Notes: a model not told the origin generated them from the letters alone. DNA of 64,000 nucleotides from Octopus bimaculoides (GCF_001194135.2 NC_068989.1:12905589-12969588), one strand, 5' to 3'; numbered from the stretch's first letter, positions 38,924-53,671 are shown. Program-made: numbers and translations.

Positions 38924-39153
38924 AAAGATAAACTGGAAGCAGAGATTATGGCAGCATCCACCAACTTAAACAAGGCGACCGTCCAGGAGATTCCGAAGTT
39001 GTCTGTAGGCCGTGGTGATTTTATTGAATAAATTTTTATGTAATTTTTATGTAATTTTTATGTAATTTTGGTAAATCTATCTGGTAAAATGAGATGTCAG
39101 TGTTATTTTAATTTTTGCGTAGTTTAGACGACAATTAATTCACCGCACCCGTA
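38924..39153 (+). mobile_element. 3' remnant of a Tc1/mariner DNA transposon (transposase C-terminus, 3' UTR, right TIR)
   Basis: Translates to KDKLEAEIMAASTNLNKATVQE...GDFIE* (stop at about 39029-39031), typical of a mariner C-terminus. Ends in AATTCACCGCACCC-GTA and includes a triplicated TTTTTATGTAA. Confidence 0.65.
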
Positions 39154-39505
39154 AACACACTTACACACATGACAATATATTCACCGTTCACTNNNNNNNN
39201 NNNNNNNNNNNNNNNNNNNNNNNNNNNNNNNNNNNNNNNNNNNNNNNNNNNNNNNNNNNNNNNNNNNNNNNNNNNNNNNNNNNNNNNNNNNNNNNNNNNN
39301 NNNNNNNNNNNNNNNNNNNNNNNNNNNNNNNNNNNNNNNNNNNNNNNNNNNNNNNNNNNNNNNNNNNNNNNNNNNNNNNNNNNNNNNNNNNNNNNNNNNN
39401 NNNNNNNNNNNNNNNNNNNNNNNNNNNNNNNNNNNNNNNNNNNNNNNNNNNNNNNNNNNNNNNNNNNNNNNNNNNNNNNCTCTCTCTCTCCCTCTCTCTC
39501 TCTCC

Positions 39506-39555
<50 letters not shown>

Positions 39556-39918
39556 GACACACAGACACACACACACACAAACACATAAATATATTCACAA
39601 ACACACACGCATATGCGTATATATGTGTGTATGGATGCAGTGTTGACAGCATAATGTTACCCATGGTAAGTTAATTTCCTTGCTCGTAACCCGATTTCTG
39701 TTGTACCTGCTATTTGTTCAGTGATTGGTGGTTTTCTTAGAGGATTTTTCGTCTCTGATTCTTGCTACAATGCCGGCAGCTCGTGTACCGTAATATAATT
39801 ATAAATCAATTCTAAAATTTTGGATTTGCCATTTATCGGCCTTTGCTTGTTAGCCACCTATATTATTGCTTTTATTATTCATTTTAGTAATGATAATAAA
39901 TAATAATTATTACTACTC

Positions 39919-40093
39919 AAGGCACAAGGGGTTGAACATGTTTGGAGAACGGCTAGTTCGCTATATCGACACCAGTGCGAAACTGGTACTTATTTCATCG
40001 ACCACGCAAGGATGAAAGGCAAAGTCGACGTCGGTGGAATTTGAACTCAGAACATAGCAGCAGACGAAATACCGCTAAGCATTTCACCCGGCG
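39919..40093 (-). mobile_element. SINE type B
   Basis: AAGGCACAAGG...TTTCATCGACC...GGATGAAAGGCAAAGTCGAC...GGAATTTGAACTCAG. Confidence 0.85.
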
Positions 40094-40941
40094 TATATTT
40101 TCAAATATTTATTCATTCAGCATATTTATTCATTCAGGATATATATATACATATACATATACANNNNNNNNNNNNNNNNNNNNNNNNNNNNNNNNNNNNN
40201 NNNNNNNNNNNNNNNNNNNNNNNNNNNNNNNNNNNNNNNNNNNNNNNNNNNNNNNNNNNNNNNNNNNNNNNNNNNNNNNNNNNNNNNNNNNNNNNNNNNN
40301 NNNNNNNNNNNNNNGAGACGCACAGTCATAGCTAGATATATGTGTGTGATTGTACGTGTTATAGTGCACGGCCAATCAAGCGAGATGTTATGTCACCCAT
40401 CTAAAGAGCGGAAGTAAAGGTTTAGAGCACTGTTCTACTCTGAAAAATCCAGCTATTAAACAAAACAATAAAATTAAAAACAAGTACGGTAGCTCTTCTT
40501 TCTCAAAAGATCGAATTCAATCGGTATAATTGCAATAAATGCCGGCTTAAATAAATACTGCTTCTGTAATCGATTTTAGTAAATAGAAAGTCAGATCTAA
40601 AACTAGCGACTTAATTACAGGAAATATATACCTTAATACAATGTCTATTACTGTGTTAACAACTGGTAAATGTCATGCTAACATAGTTTTGTTATATTAA
40701 AACAATTTTCTCATAATTTTATAGCTATCTGCTGCAATTAATTACTAGGAAATTCATTAAGAGAATTAAGCATTATCACTGCACATTATATCCATGTTCC
40801 TCTTTCAGAACGTTAACATTCAACTTTATACATCTTGATTTCTTCACGTTTACTTGACGGTAATTAACTTCTTATGCCTACATATACCGAGGATTGCATT
40901 ACAGGATCATGTAATTAAAATCACTTGACTACATACATATG

Positions 40942-41002
<61 letters not shown>

Positions 41003-43680
41003 TCTATATGCGTGTGTAATAGATATTTACGTATACCTATACGTTTGCGTATATATTTAAATATGTATTTAAGTTGGTGTGTTTGTGGGTATGAACGTAA
41101 GTATATGCGTTTCGCACAATATTACAGCAAACGTTATCTTGTTATTTACATTAGAAACAGCTTTCACTTGAATGGTGCATTAGAAAATTCACTCCTCTGA
41201 AGAATCTCGGAGCAAAATCTCCCGCACGTACACGCACATACGTATAGACACACGCATAACTTGTTAGATGCAAATAAAATATATGTGGGCGGAGATGAAG
41301 AAAGATATACAGGATATATGCGCATGGAAACGTATATATTCAAAGCTATAGAGAGGGAGAAGATTGATTTCATTCCATTGTGAATGAATGAGTACAGAGT
41401 AGAATAAACTTTTAAAATATGTATTTGCAATTTGCTTTAGTTGTGTATGCGTGTGTGTATGTGTGTGTGTATGTGTGTGAATGTGTGTATGTTAGTATGT
41501 ATTTGTTTGTATCATGAAGTCGTGTTTTGTATCCCAATGTAATTTTGGTTAAAGAGAGAGAATATATTAACAGAGTTTACTCCAGGATGAAGGGCTGGCT
41601 TTTGGTGTGAGTTTTATGTTGTTTATCAGAATTGGCGCATCGCGAGGTAACGAGTCCATTGATTATGGGTTATAAGGAGCAGTGCTAATGAACATTGCAC
41701 CAGCAGTATGGTCGCTATAGCCTGCTACTCAGTTTTTGGCCTGCTTATCAGATGGTTTGTTTGGTGGGGGAGGGTTCCTTCCTCTGTTTCCCAACGGTTG
41801 GCATGAATGTGTGCCTGAAAAAAAAGTAGGATTAATTTCTTTGTCATGAAAGAGATAATTTTTCTTTCATTACATTCAGTGAAAAATTAAGTAGTGAAAT
41901 ACGATGCAGTTATTGAACCAACCATTATCATTTATTTATATATTTCGATTCCCTTTCGTAGCTATTTATAATGATTTAAGATAGTAATACTCCAGGGAAA
42001 GATGTTAATGAAATAACACTCATACTTGTGAAAGGCGTATTGAGAAATATCGGAAAAATTTTACGCTGGAAGCCCCAACATCCAACCCTTATATATTTTC
42101 AGAGAATTACTGATATTAAAATGAAACTTTAATAAGATATGCTGCTACGGACTACACTGGATTCACCTCTTCTCATTTCTGTATTTTAGTTTATGCTTTA
42201 TTCGAAAGGGAGTAAATTAAGATAACAGTTTAACAGTAAACAATGTAAAACGTTCAAGTATTTTGCTTTGGAGATAAACCCCACTTCACTGGAAGTATCT
42301 TTTTTCCATGGAAATATCGCAAGATTCCTACTGGGAGCTAAACCATAGACTATTTCGTTGACAGTCTAACATCCATATATTCACCATTGTTTGATACTTC
42401 TCGATTATTCGAAATTATCTCCCCTTCCGCTTCTCTCTCAAGAATCTCGATATATTTATCTTTCTGTACCAGAGGAAATTTTTTCTTTCTTCCACAAATG
42501 ATTCTGCCTTAAATGGTAGACTTCTCTTCTTTTATTACATAAAATGAGCTTCACTCCGGAATCGAGGATATCACCCATTGCTCACATTAAACATTAGAAA
42601 TATTCTATCATTTTACTGTAGTCAAGTCGAATTACATCGTATACCTGCAGTAGTGACATTTGTTTCTTTCTAAAATTATTTTCATACCTCTTGCTTTTGA
42701 ACATGAGGGTTTTAGAGGTGAGTATTAGTGTATATTCTATTCGAGCTTTATTGAGCTTTGTCACCCGAGTGACACTGAACTCTTCCTTAACACATGGATA
42801 GATCTGGTTCTCTAGGCACTAATCTAATTTTAATGAAATTATTCTTTACTTGATATGTCTAATAATGCATTATTTTTTCTCTGGCCAAGGCAAGTAAGGC
42901 ATTGGCTGGTTGTGAACCAATTCGATTCCGTCAGTGCTTTAACAAAAATATCGGTAATCGATTCTCAACTACCAGCACTTAATTTGGTCCACACTATAAA
43001 ATGAAACATATACGTATCTTCTAGTTTCATTAATATTTAGTACCTATCATCTCCAATACCGTAGTTATTCATTACTAATTGTTTATTCAACAAGCTTATA
43101 GATAGGTTCTTATTAATTTATTACGTAATTATTGATGACGTCATCTTCTAGTTACTGATCATCCAGTGGTGTACTGATATATCCATTCTAAGAATTTCAT
43201 TGTTGAAGTGATGTTTTCTCATCGTGTATATCGTAAGGAATATTGATTCATAATTTCAATTGTAAAACAACGATTATTGATCGACAATATAACAAAAGTT
43301 TATTTAATTTTGAGATTAATAATGATGATAATAATATTAATGATGCGGATAATAATATTTACGAAGAGAGATAATAAAAAAATGTTATCTCTACTCGAAG
43401 CAATTCAAATTTCTGTAATAACCTACTTGAAATATTGATTCCAATAGGATTTATAAGTCTTATTGTGCTTGTTCTTTTTGTTGTTGATATTATCAATATT
43501 ATTGTTAATTTTACTGTTGGTGTTGTTGCTGTAGAATTCCATTTTTCATCTTCGTCATCGTAGTTGCCGTCGTTATCGGCGCTGTTATAATCATTAGCAT
43601 CATCAGTAGAAGCTTTATAATTATAGAAACATGTTAAAATTAATCTTTTAATGATAATTGTTATTATCATCATTAATTTT

Positions 43681-43885
43681 GTGGATTGGCAAAATCGTTA
43701 ATGCGTCATATACGTCTTCCGTTATTTAATTATGATTCTATGTTCTGATTTCAAATCTCACCAAGGTCAGTATATTGTTTCCTTCTGTCGGAGTAGATAA
43801 ATAAAGTACCTTCCAAATAATCTGGTCGATGGTATCGACAATTACTTTCCGTTCGAATTGCTGCCTTTGTTTCAAAATTACAAGC
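43681..43885 (+). mobile_element. Degenerate SINE type B
   Basis: TGGCAAAATCGTTA...TTCAAAT...CAAGGTCA...GATAAATAAAGTACC...AATTGCTGCCTTTGT. Confidence 0.55.
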
Positions 43886-46790
43886 AATTAATTGTGTTGC
43901 GGCTTAGCAGTACGAGAGAGAATCGAACAAATGCTTTTCCGCAATTGAACAGTCTCTTTATGATTTCCATCTAAATCGCACGTAGATCATCTTTGCGTTT
44001 CGCCCTTCTAGATTTTGAGAAACTAAAGAACTGCGGACCTTGCTATCAATTAAATTCTCTATAAAATTGAGGCCTTACGTTTATGTTAGAGTTAATTTAG
44101 AGCGTGGATTGGCAGAACGGCCAGGTCGTCAAAAGTTAGGAAGAACACTAAGGTACATTCACACCCAAAGAAATATCTGTTGCTCTCAGAAAAAAATGTT
44201 GGAGACAACCTATTGCAATGTTAGACTCGGTGTATTATCTCTCATGTGGAACAGGTGATAAGGAGTTAATATGCCTCTTATAAAATCTCGTATTTGAATC
44301 AGAACTCAGATATTGTCCGTACACCACTTGTCTAACTTTAGGATAGTGATACTTTCTGTCTGTAAAAGTCTGTAAAAATCAAAAGATCAGAGACATTGGA
44401 TCAGAAGTTGATTCTCGTCTCGCACACATTTGCGAAACAGCTTGGGATCTAATGAGCGTTAGTTTGACTCCCAATTGTGTTTGCTCAAGTGTAATCTACA
44501 TAGATATCCAAATCTAATAGTCGTAGTGCTATCTGGGTATAATATATTACATTGCGTGTGAAGAGGAGATGAAACAGACGGGTGGTGCTGGGTAAAGGAT
44601 CCAATGACTATACCTATTGTAAACAAGGGTATGTGACAGCGCTCTATGAAAATGAAGAATAAAAGTAAAATAAAGAAAGATGATAGCCGGACCATAGGTA
44701 AAAATAACATTCCGATTATATTATCTCTGTGTTTGTCTTGGGAATGTACATCACTGCTACTCATCGGCTGGGGATTCCTTCATGTCTGTATTTGAAGGTA
44801 TTAGGAGAACGACCCTTTAAAGCAAGTTTCTCGTCACAAAGAAAATACATTCTCCAACGTATTTTCAGAAGCCGCATTTTTTAATTTTTTATTTTTGCCT
44901 ACTTCTTCCAAAACCGTTGCTTTACCTGTAGTTCTCCATTATGGCTACGCAAGCAAAATATTAATTGCTCTGTTTCTTGTTCTCCTTTATAGTATTTTAA
45001 TTATTGCTATTTGCTTTTGCTTTTAGGCTCATTGTCTTTGTGTTTGTCACTCTGATTTCATCATTGAATTAAGATGGCGCTGAGAAATGACAATTTGTAA
45101 TGCTCAGTGTAATTGAGCTTAGGGAGATGAAATTCGTAGCTTTGAGTAAGAAATGACGGAAAAGGCAAATAGCTTTGTTAGTATTCCTTCACATAATGAG
45201 CATCTAGCATATATTTCTGTGTGGGAAGTAAAGTATTGCTTGAATTACACATTTTTTATGTTTATTTTTTGCCCAATTTTACATAAATTTTTAAAGCGTG
45301 TATTTTTTTTAATACTCTGATCCTCCTGATTTTTTTTTATGGAACTTCTTTGTCCTATAATACACTTTTTATAAACCCGTAATGACTCTTTTCGTTTCAT
45401 ATGATGTATTTCCGATTTATGACATATTTCATTGCCCTTAACAGCTAAATAACATGACGAAATTTTAAAGTAAATCTCACGTGAATATTAATGGCGCATT
45501 GAATCCCGTTGTAAACACACTCATTTGCAGAATATAAATTCTACTGCAGAACCAAGGCCAGCGAAAATTTTTCTTGTTATCCTCATTGAAATTATTATTT
45601 AAAAAAATATAAACACAATATTTAATATTTTAAAAGATGCAAGCTTTGCAATATATATCGCATTAGCTCTTAAAGAATCTTTATCACATTATTAAAGAAG
45701 ATATAACGCATTCAAATAACCCTAACAATATTGAGCATTTTAAAGAATTTTATCGTAGTTGCTGCCGAAAATAATGATACATAAAATTCGATGTTATTCG
45801 CGATTTATATATCTGAGAATGAAAACTAAAATGTAGATTCAACAGCCTAACAACATCTTATTTATGATCGTTCCTTCGCTATAACACAGCACCGTATATA
45901 TTTTGCCTATTTTCGCTATAGCACACCTCTGAAGAAAATGATTAACTTGTAAAAAAACAGAGATATTGGTAAAGCTGAGAATTGTTATCAGCCGGTCAGG
46001 ACTGAAATAGTCTTGTTTTTGCGAAGCTCTCTTGGTTTTCTGGGGTCTATGGGTTTCTCATAATGCATTACTAGGAACACGTTTCGTACCCGTTGTTATG
46101 GTAGTATATAGCATACTATGATCTTTACATGAGGTATAATGAGAAATCTTGAAGAATAACCACGATTCTCAGTACACAGTCGGAGTAACTAAACGGTTAC
46201 GACGTGGCAAATCATTGATGAGATAAAAGAAATATGTCAATGTCTGATATAAGTTAAAGATTTATACACGAGGACAATAACAACAAAATTAACACAATAT
46301 ATTCTGTATAGAAAATAACAAACCAGCAAACAGAAAAAAGAAAAAAGGCGACAGCCGCAGTATCAGTTGCACATGATCATCTGCAATCTTGGAAGCCTTA
46401 TCGACAAAAGTACGCTATTACTATGATCTGTAGCTTTTACAATTACGAAAAACAACAACAGCTTAATCTAAGAACGACAGTCAATAAATAAATTTTAGAA
46501 GACAAAACAAGCAACACATATTTTTTTCAGCAAAACAAATAATACAACTATTACCCTATCGCGTGAAAACATGTGCGGACAACAACATTGCTGTAATCGT
46601 TCAAAGTCAGTTTGTAGTCAGCACTAACAACAAAGCAACAGAAATACCAAAACAACCTCAAGACTTACTAAAAATAAAGAGAGACCCCAACCAGAAGACG
46701 TAATGAACAATGAAAGCTAAATTCTAAAAGGTAAAACATACACACACGCACACACACACATGCACAACACTACACCCACGCTCGCACATA

Positions 46791-46841
<51 letters not shown>

Positions 46842-46882
46842 GAATATAAGAATGTACAGGTGTGCTTATATATGCAATCATT

Positions 46883-46945
<63 letters not shown>

Positions 46946-47746
46946 ATGTATATATGTATATATATATANNNNNNNNNNNNNNNNNNNNNNNNNNNNNNNN
47001 NNNNNNNNNNNNNNNNNNNNNNNNNNNNNNNNNNNNNNNNNNNNNNNNNNNNNNNNNNNNNNNNNNNNNNNNNNNNNNNNNNNNNNNNNNNNNNNNNNNN
47101 NNNNNNNNNNNNNNNNNNNNNNNNNNNNNNNNNNNNNNNNNNNNNNNNNNNNNNNNNNNNNNNNNNNNNNNNNNNNNNNNNNNNNNNNNNNNNNNNNNNN
47201 NNNNNNNNNNNNNNNNNNNNNNNNNNNNNNNNNNNNNNNNNNNNNNNNNNNNNNNNNNNNNNNNNNNNNNNNNNNNNNNNNNNNNNNNNNNNNNNNNNNN
47301 NNNNNNNNNNNNNNNNNNNNNNNNNNNNNNNNNNNNNNNNNNNNTATATATGCATACACACACATATATATAGCAAACGGCGACATCAACTATATATACA
47401 ACAAAATCCCAGCCGAAGCATTATTCCTACCAATTACAGCAACAACAATGGGAATGAACAAACAAAACTGAACTAAATTGGGAAAGAAATAAAAAAAGAA
47501 AATAAAAAAAATACAGAAAGGCGACCAAACAAAGCACAATCCAATGAAGAAAACAATAGAAAAGAAAACAAAGAGATGCTATTAAGTCATTGATACATCT
47601 TCTGAAGCAAACAACACCATTATCTTCAATGAAGTGTGAACAAAAATAATAGATTCAATAGAAGCTGAGAGGAAACCATTGAACAGGCATTGTATTTGTA
47701 TGTTTGCCCGCTTCTCAATACTGCATCGGTGTGTTGTAAGCAGGAT

Positions 47747-47933
47747 GGAGGTATGCTGGCAGTAGGACGGCAGTATGTTGGCAGTAGGATGACGGTATGA
47801 TGGCAGTAGTATGGCGGTAGGCTGGCAGCAGGATGGCGGTTTTGTGGCAGTAGTATGGCAGTATGCTGGAAGTATCCAGGCAGTGTGCTGACAGTATGGT
47901 AGCTGTATGTTAGTGGTATGCTGGTAGTACACT
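47747..47933. repeat. Degenerate 11-bp minisatellite, 17 units (GGCAGTATGCT / GGCAGTAGGAT)
   Basis: Units parse in exact 11-bp register from GGAGGTATGCT to GGTAGTACACT (187 bp). Confidence 0.85.
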
Positions 47934-48659
47934 GAATGTCTATGCAAACAGTTTGAGCTGATACCATATTAGTAGTATATTCTAGTAGTATTTTAAATGT
48001 AGACTGAAACGGTGGATTATTCAAAGACATCAATCTAAAGTAGATGAGTATTATGTAATTATAATAGACTCCATACAAATCGACATCAGAGGTGTCATGG
48101 CGAATTTATTCGGTTTGAGTGATTGAGGAGTTTGTCTGAGAGCCAACTACTAGTGATGGAAAGGTCGTTTAATCAAAGACAGGGCATTTACGTGATAAAC
48201 GCACGTACAAACGTACACATACTTATACATGCATACATACATGCATCCACACTCACAGATCACAGAAACACACGCACACATGCATACATGCACACACAGA
48301 CATACAAGAACATACACACACACATACGTATATATACAGAGATATCAGTAGGTTTTATAGAAAGTATTCGGATGTTCGAACGACTGAATTTCATTGAATT
48401 CGAGTGTATGTTGAGAAGTATTCTACAGATGCGTCTATCTGTAATTTATTCAAAAACAGAAGTTACACAGGATTCTACGCAGTTTCCGCCGGGAATAATT
48501 CAATTACATGTCGAACTTAGGTTATGGGACTGACATTTGGCGTTACATACTACACATCGTAATCAAAACTTAGTAGTTGCGAGACGAGCAGCCCAATAAT
48601 TCAGGACCACATACAGGCCTCTGCACCCACAATATTGTCTTTTACTTATTTAGGATATT

Positions 48660-49000
48660 GGACAGTGGCTATGTCAGAGTGCCACCTTGAAGGGTTTAGT
48701 CGAGCAAACGGACGCCAGGATATTATTTTAATGTCTGTAACTTTTCAATCGCCTCTTTTGCCCGTTACGTTACGGTGATATATAGCAGGTTGCTAAGCAT
48801 CGCGGTGGACAGTGATAAGCGCAAAGCCATACGCAGCCACATATACGTCACACAGTTTCCATCTATCAAATTCCTTCACAAGAAAGGCTTTGGTCGGTCC
48901 AGGGTTTATAGTAGAAGACACTTTAAAATGTGCTGCGCAATGGAAATGATCCTCAAATCATATGACTGAAGAGTGAATTTCTTAACCACACATCCATGTC
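48660..49000 (-). mobile_element. Degenerate SINE type A
   Basis: GCCACCTTGAAGGGTTTAGTCGAGCAAA...CAGTTTCCATCTATCAAATTCC...GGCTTTGGTCGG...TATAGTAGAAGACACT. Confidence 0.7.
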
Positions 49001-49208
49001 CGGATACAAACATTATCAACGAACGACTCACCTACTGTCCGAAGATTTGAAACGTGCAAAACAGATTAATCTTTCCTGACATTTTCAATTGACAATACGA
49101 TTATATACTCTAAATCTCTTAATGCGTATTGGCTTTTCTCTTTCTCATTTCTACAGTTATTTTGCCTTGATGCATATTCGTGCAAATATACATATATATA
49201 TATATATA

Positions 49209-49334
49209 CAGGGTGTCCACAATGTTTGGGCACATGGAGTAAATAAAATCATAGCATAAATAATTAAATATGAGAAATGATAATTTCTTAAAGTATGTGT
49301 TGATCCCCATGTACCCAGACTTTGTGGACAACCT
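49209..49334. mobile_element. Short (~125 bp) Tc1/mariner-type MITE
   Basis: TA|CAGGGTGTCCACAATGTTTGGGCACATGG at the left end and CCATGTACCCAGACTTTGTGGACAACCT at the right end (TIR of ~28 bp). A related copy lies at 56109-56319. Confidence 0.8.
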
Positions 49335-50186
49335 AGTTGGGTCGTTGATTACCTCTTTCTAGCATATTGGATGTCGACCTAGCGGTCATCCCTTCTTATA
49401 CGCATGTAATGCAATTTTTCTGAATGATAAGATATTTATATGCTAGACCACTGGTTTCAAATTGAATTTATTAAATTCAATTTATCACCCTCATTATACA
49501 TGCATATATATATATATATANNNNNNNNNNNNNNNNNNNNNNNNNNNNNNNNNNNNNNNNNNNNNNNNNNNNNNNNNNNNNNNNNNNNNNNNNNNNNNNN
49601 NNNNNNNNNNNNNNNNNNNNNNNNNNNNNNNNNNNNNNNNNNNNNNNNNNNNNNNNNNNNNNNNNNNNNNNNNNNNNNNNNNNNNNNNNNNNNNNNNNNN
49701 NNNNNNNNNNNNNNNNNNNNNNNNNNNNNNNNNNNNNNNNNNNNNNNNNNNNNNNNNNNNNNNNNNNNNNNNNNNNNNNNNNNNNNNNNNNNNNNNNNNN
49801 NNNNNNNNNNNNNNNNNNNNNNNNNNNNNNNNNNNNNNNNNNNNNNNNNNNNNNNNNTATACATACATACATACACACACACAAACACATATATATATAC
49901 ATATATATACATACATACACACACACACACACATATATATATACATATATGCATTATATCACAGACGTACACAAATACATCGGTAAGCTGTTACTAGTCT
50001 ATGTGTAAACGTTCTATCGGCAATTGTAATACTGTCAAAATACTGATACAGCTAATATATGACAAAAGATGAAAGAGTTACAGAAACTTACCACTGAGAG
50101 GCACCTGCCAATTTACTAGAACAATGAAATGAGACGCTCATACGCCTGATTGTTTGTTTGTCTGGGTAGCAATATGGATAAATACA

Positions 50187-50463
50187 TCTGTCGTAATTAT
50201 GGTATGACAAACTATATGTTCTTTCACATCCCATGTCATATTAGTAGTATCTACTGCGAAACATGCAAGCAGTAAGTTTGCAAGTTTTGTACAGAATAGT
50301 ATTATTACCGCTGTTCAATGAGCCATGATTGGAACATTGGATGTTTTCAATTGCGTGCAAATCATAATATTTATTCAAATATTATATAACACCATGAATC
50401 GGCTGGTTCTACGCACTACAAAACATAGCAGCTGATGCAAATGCTATATCAAATTGCACTTAG
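50187..50463 (-). repeat. Unclassified interspersed repeat; inverted copy of 745-1016
   Basis: See 745-1016. Confidence 0.8.
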
Positions 50464-51273
50464 ATACTTATAAGGAAGACCATATACCAAATAATATATA
50501 GTTATGTGTATGGTGCTCGTTTCTGGATATATATAGATATATGCTTGCATGATTATTTATTAATACACATATGTATATATATATATATATACATGTATAA
50601 AATTGCATGCATATACACACACAGAAACAAAGAAATATACAATTACAGTATATATACAACATACATACGTATATTCGTACGTATGTATGTGTGTTTATGT
50701 GTGTAAATGTCTCTGGGTATGTTATTTTCTATGATAGATTTAACGTGCTGTTACATACTAGATTTCGGTTAAACATAAGTATATAAACGAGATTATTTCT
50801 TTCTCATATAAACTTGTATAATCTCATACACTATTTTTCAAATATATACGTCTTGCAGACAGGAATATATAAATATGTTTCTATGATGTTGAAGTGTAAA
50901 AATAGATAAAAAGTTTTATGAATGGACATATTACATAGGTATGTATATGTCTGTATATGTGAAAAAGTATCTGCGCTTTTGGGTATGAAGCATACATGCC
51001 AGTAAATGATTGCATATAATATATATATATATATATATANNNNNNNNNNNNNNNNNNNNNNNNNNNNNNNNNNNNNNNNNNNNNNNNNNNNNNNNNNNNN
51101 NNNNNNNNNNNNNNNNNNNNNNNNNNNNNNNNNNNNNNNNNNNNNNNNNNNNNNNNNNNNNNNNNNNNNNNNNNNNNNNNNNNNNNNNNNNNNNNNNNNN
51201 NNNNNNNNNNNNNNNNNNNNNNNNNNNNNNNNNNNNNNNNNNNNNNNNNNNNNNNNNNNNNNNNNNNNNNNNN

Positions 51274-51325
<52 letters not shown>

Positions 51326-52388
51326 TATATTAATATATACATGTATATCTATTGGCATATGTACGAATATATATGTGTGTGTATGTCAACATCATGTATG
51401 TATATATTCGAATCTGCGTGTGTTCGTCTCTGCGAACGTGTATAAGTATGTGTACATGCATATGCATGTGGATATATGTATGCCTGTAAGTACATGTATT
51501 GAGTACACATGTGCTGAAATGTTCAGCACGGACGTATCTATGAGTAATGCAAACAGAAAATTATGCGTTAGGTATATTAAGACGCCAAAAACATCTGAAG
51601 TGTCGGTAGGATGAGCAAACACATATTGTAGATACAAATATAGAACAATTCCCAACGTATTTAAATCCAAATAAAATCTAAAAATTGTTTATTCTAGATT
51701 TTAATACCAGGTATTTTGTTTTCTTTATACTAACTCAATTATTTTTGGTTTTTAATTTTAGACACTTTTTAATCGCAAAACTCCAACTTTTGCTTTATTG
51801 ATTTTATTTTATATTATTTGTTTTTTCTAGGAAAAAAAATATTTATTGAAATGCATATATTTTCTTGGTATAAATGTGTGTCTTTTTCATTTTCTCAAGT
51901 TTAGTTATGAGCATATGTTCATATTTATTTATTTAATCTCTTCCAATATTCCGAGCAACATTCGTAACGTTTCTCTTCTTATTTTTTTACGTTTTGTTAA
52001 GATTATAGTTTGCTTTATGCAAGCAAATAATTTGATTAGCTATAATAGTATGAAAAAGACTAACAGAGTATTAGTGAGTTGGAAGTGGGAAACATATGAT
52101 GGTGTTTTAAAGAATAAAAAAAAAAAAAAAAATATTAATAATGTTGATGATTATAATATTAAAATGACGATTTATCTCACTGGCAAAAGGCCAACTATTT
52201 GTTGAGGAAGAGAAGTAGAAATGAATGGAAATAAAATGAGCACAGACACACAAGCACAAACACATGCATACACAAACACACATAGATATATATATATATA
52301 TATTATCTTGGAGTGAGTTGAACGACAAATTTAAGTTAGGTACATTCGAACTAAGAATCGCAAATTCATTATCATCTAAACAATAGTA

Positions 52389-52572
52389 ATTGTTTCCGAT
52401 GTGGGCGCAAAACCTAGAATTTAGGGAAAACCTTCAGTTGATTTAAACGTTTCCAATACTTGCTTAGTTTTGTTTTATTGATCATACATGGACGAACAGA
52501 AATGTTGATTTTGGTTGGACTTGAACCCAGAATCGTTAAAGGTCGTAGATAAAATCCGCTGAATACTTTTGT
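52389..52572 (-). mobile_element. Very degenerate SINE type B
   Basis: GGCGCAAAACC...GGTTGGACTTGAACCCAG...AAATCCGCTGAATA. Confidence 0.45.
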
Positions 52573-52789
52573 CAGCCTCTTAAAAGCTCTTATCGACGAT
52601 GCTTCTAATTCAGGCGGTTGTCATTGAAGGGGTTGTTTGATTCTATCAAACTGGTTTCTTGATTACTATTTTATATTATCGAATCAAGAGTGAAAGACAA
52701 AATTGACCCTAGTGTACAGTGTTTCGAATTTTGCTTGGAATGGGCTTTGACTTGAATGGTTGAAGGCCGAAATCAATGGAACCATCAGA

Positions 52790-53480
52790 ATTTTAGGCCT
52801 ATGATAGTGTTGTGTCGATATCCCCAGGCGATGAAGTAGGGTAGACCAATACGTAGATATAAATGGAGAAGTCTAGACGGCGTAGTAGTTGAGTAGAGGT
52901 CATCCGAACGTGCGATATAACAGTGGCCATAAGGATTTCGTAGCTCACACAGCCAGTGTAGTATCGCGATATAACAGATGGGAAACGTGCAATTTGGATT
53001 GTCGTATTGGATTGCCATTATTGTGCAATTTGAAAGTCCATTAGCACAAGAGGGAAGGTTATAAAACCATGGTCCCTAGAGAGAAGTGAGCGTTTAGATT
53101 TAGAGAGGGAGAGATAGAAGGTATGATGGTTACAGTGGTAAGGGAGGAGAGTTGAATAAATGTAGGGTCGTTGGGATGGACAGCGTCTGTGAATACAAAA
53201 TAATGAAGTGAATAGAACTGAAGTGTTGGTGTTGGTGTTGGTGGAAGTGTGGAAGAGAGAATAATTTCGGTGTATATAGGACATGAACTCTAATAGAAGT
53301 TTGAGGAGTCGGTGGAAGAAATAGATTACAGCTAGGTTGGGACAGGAGAATTTGGTAGATGTAAAGTACAGGTGAATGTGGCTGATATAAGGTTAAACGC
53401 GTTTTAGATGAAAGCTGGCATGCTCGAGACGACATCAGGGCCGGGGGCAAGATAAGGGCTAGATAATAATGATCGTGGTG
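52790..53480 (-). pseudogene. Possible decayed LINE (CR1/L2-like) apurinic-endonuclease remnant
   Basis: Broken frames give FCIHRRCPS (cf. xxYRPP), FPLVLMDFQ (cf. ILxGDFN) and PTSSPGDIDT (cf. PT...LD), in the expected order and at roughly the expected spacing. Confidence 0.4.
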
Positions 53481-53638
53481 AAAAAAGAATATCACAGTTG
53501 TATTAAAAATTTCGGACGCCAGAAGTTAGCATCATACTCTATAATTAAAGTTGCTCTAGCAACCTAACACATAATTTTATATTGTAAAATAATTGCCGTA
53601 GCAACATCAATCGGTGAAATAACAATAATGATGAGTTC

Positions 53639-53671
53639 AGTGAAAGCACGCACATTATAAAAATAAGACTA

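Noticed and set aside
44330-44760. Possible LINE endonuclease remnant (ICETAW) and 101-aa minus-strand ORF
   Set aside because: Too few motifs to separate it from chance.
47582-48078. 121-aa and 150-aa minus-strand ORFs
   Set aside because: They stay open because the 11-bp minisatellite lacks stops on that strand; the unit length is not a multiple of 3.
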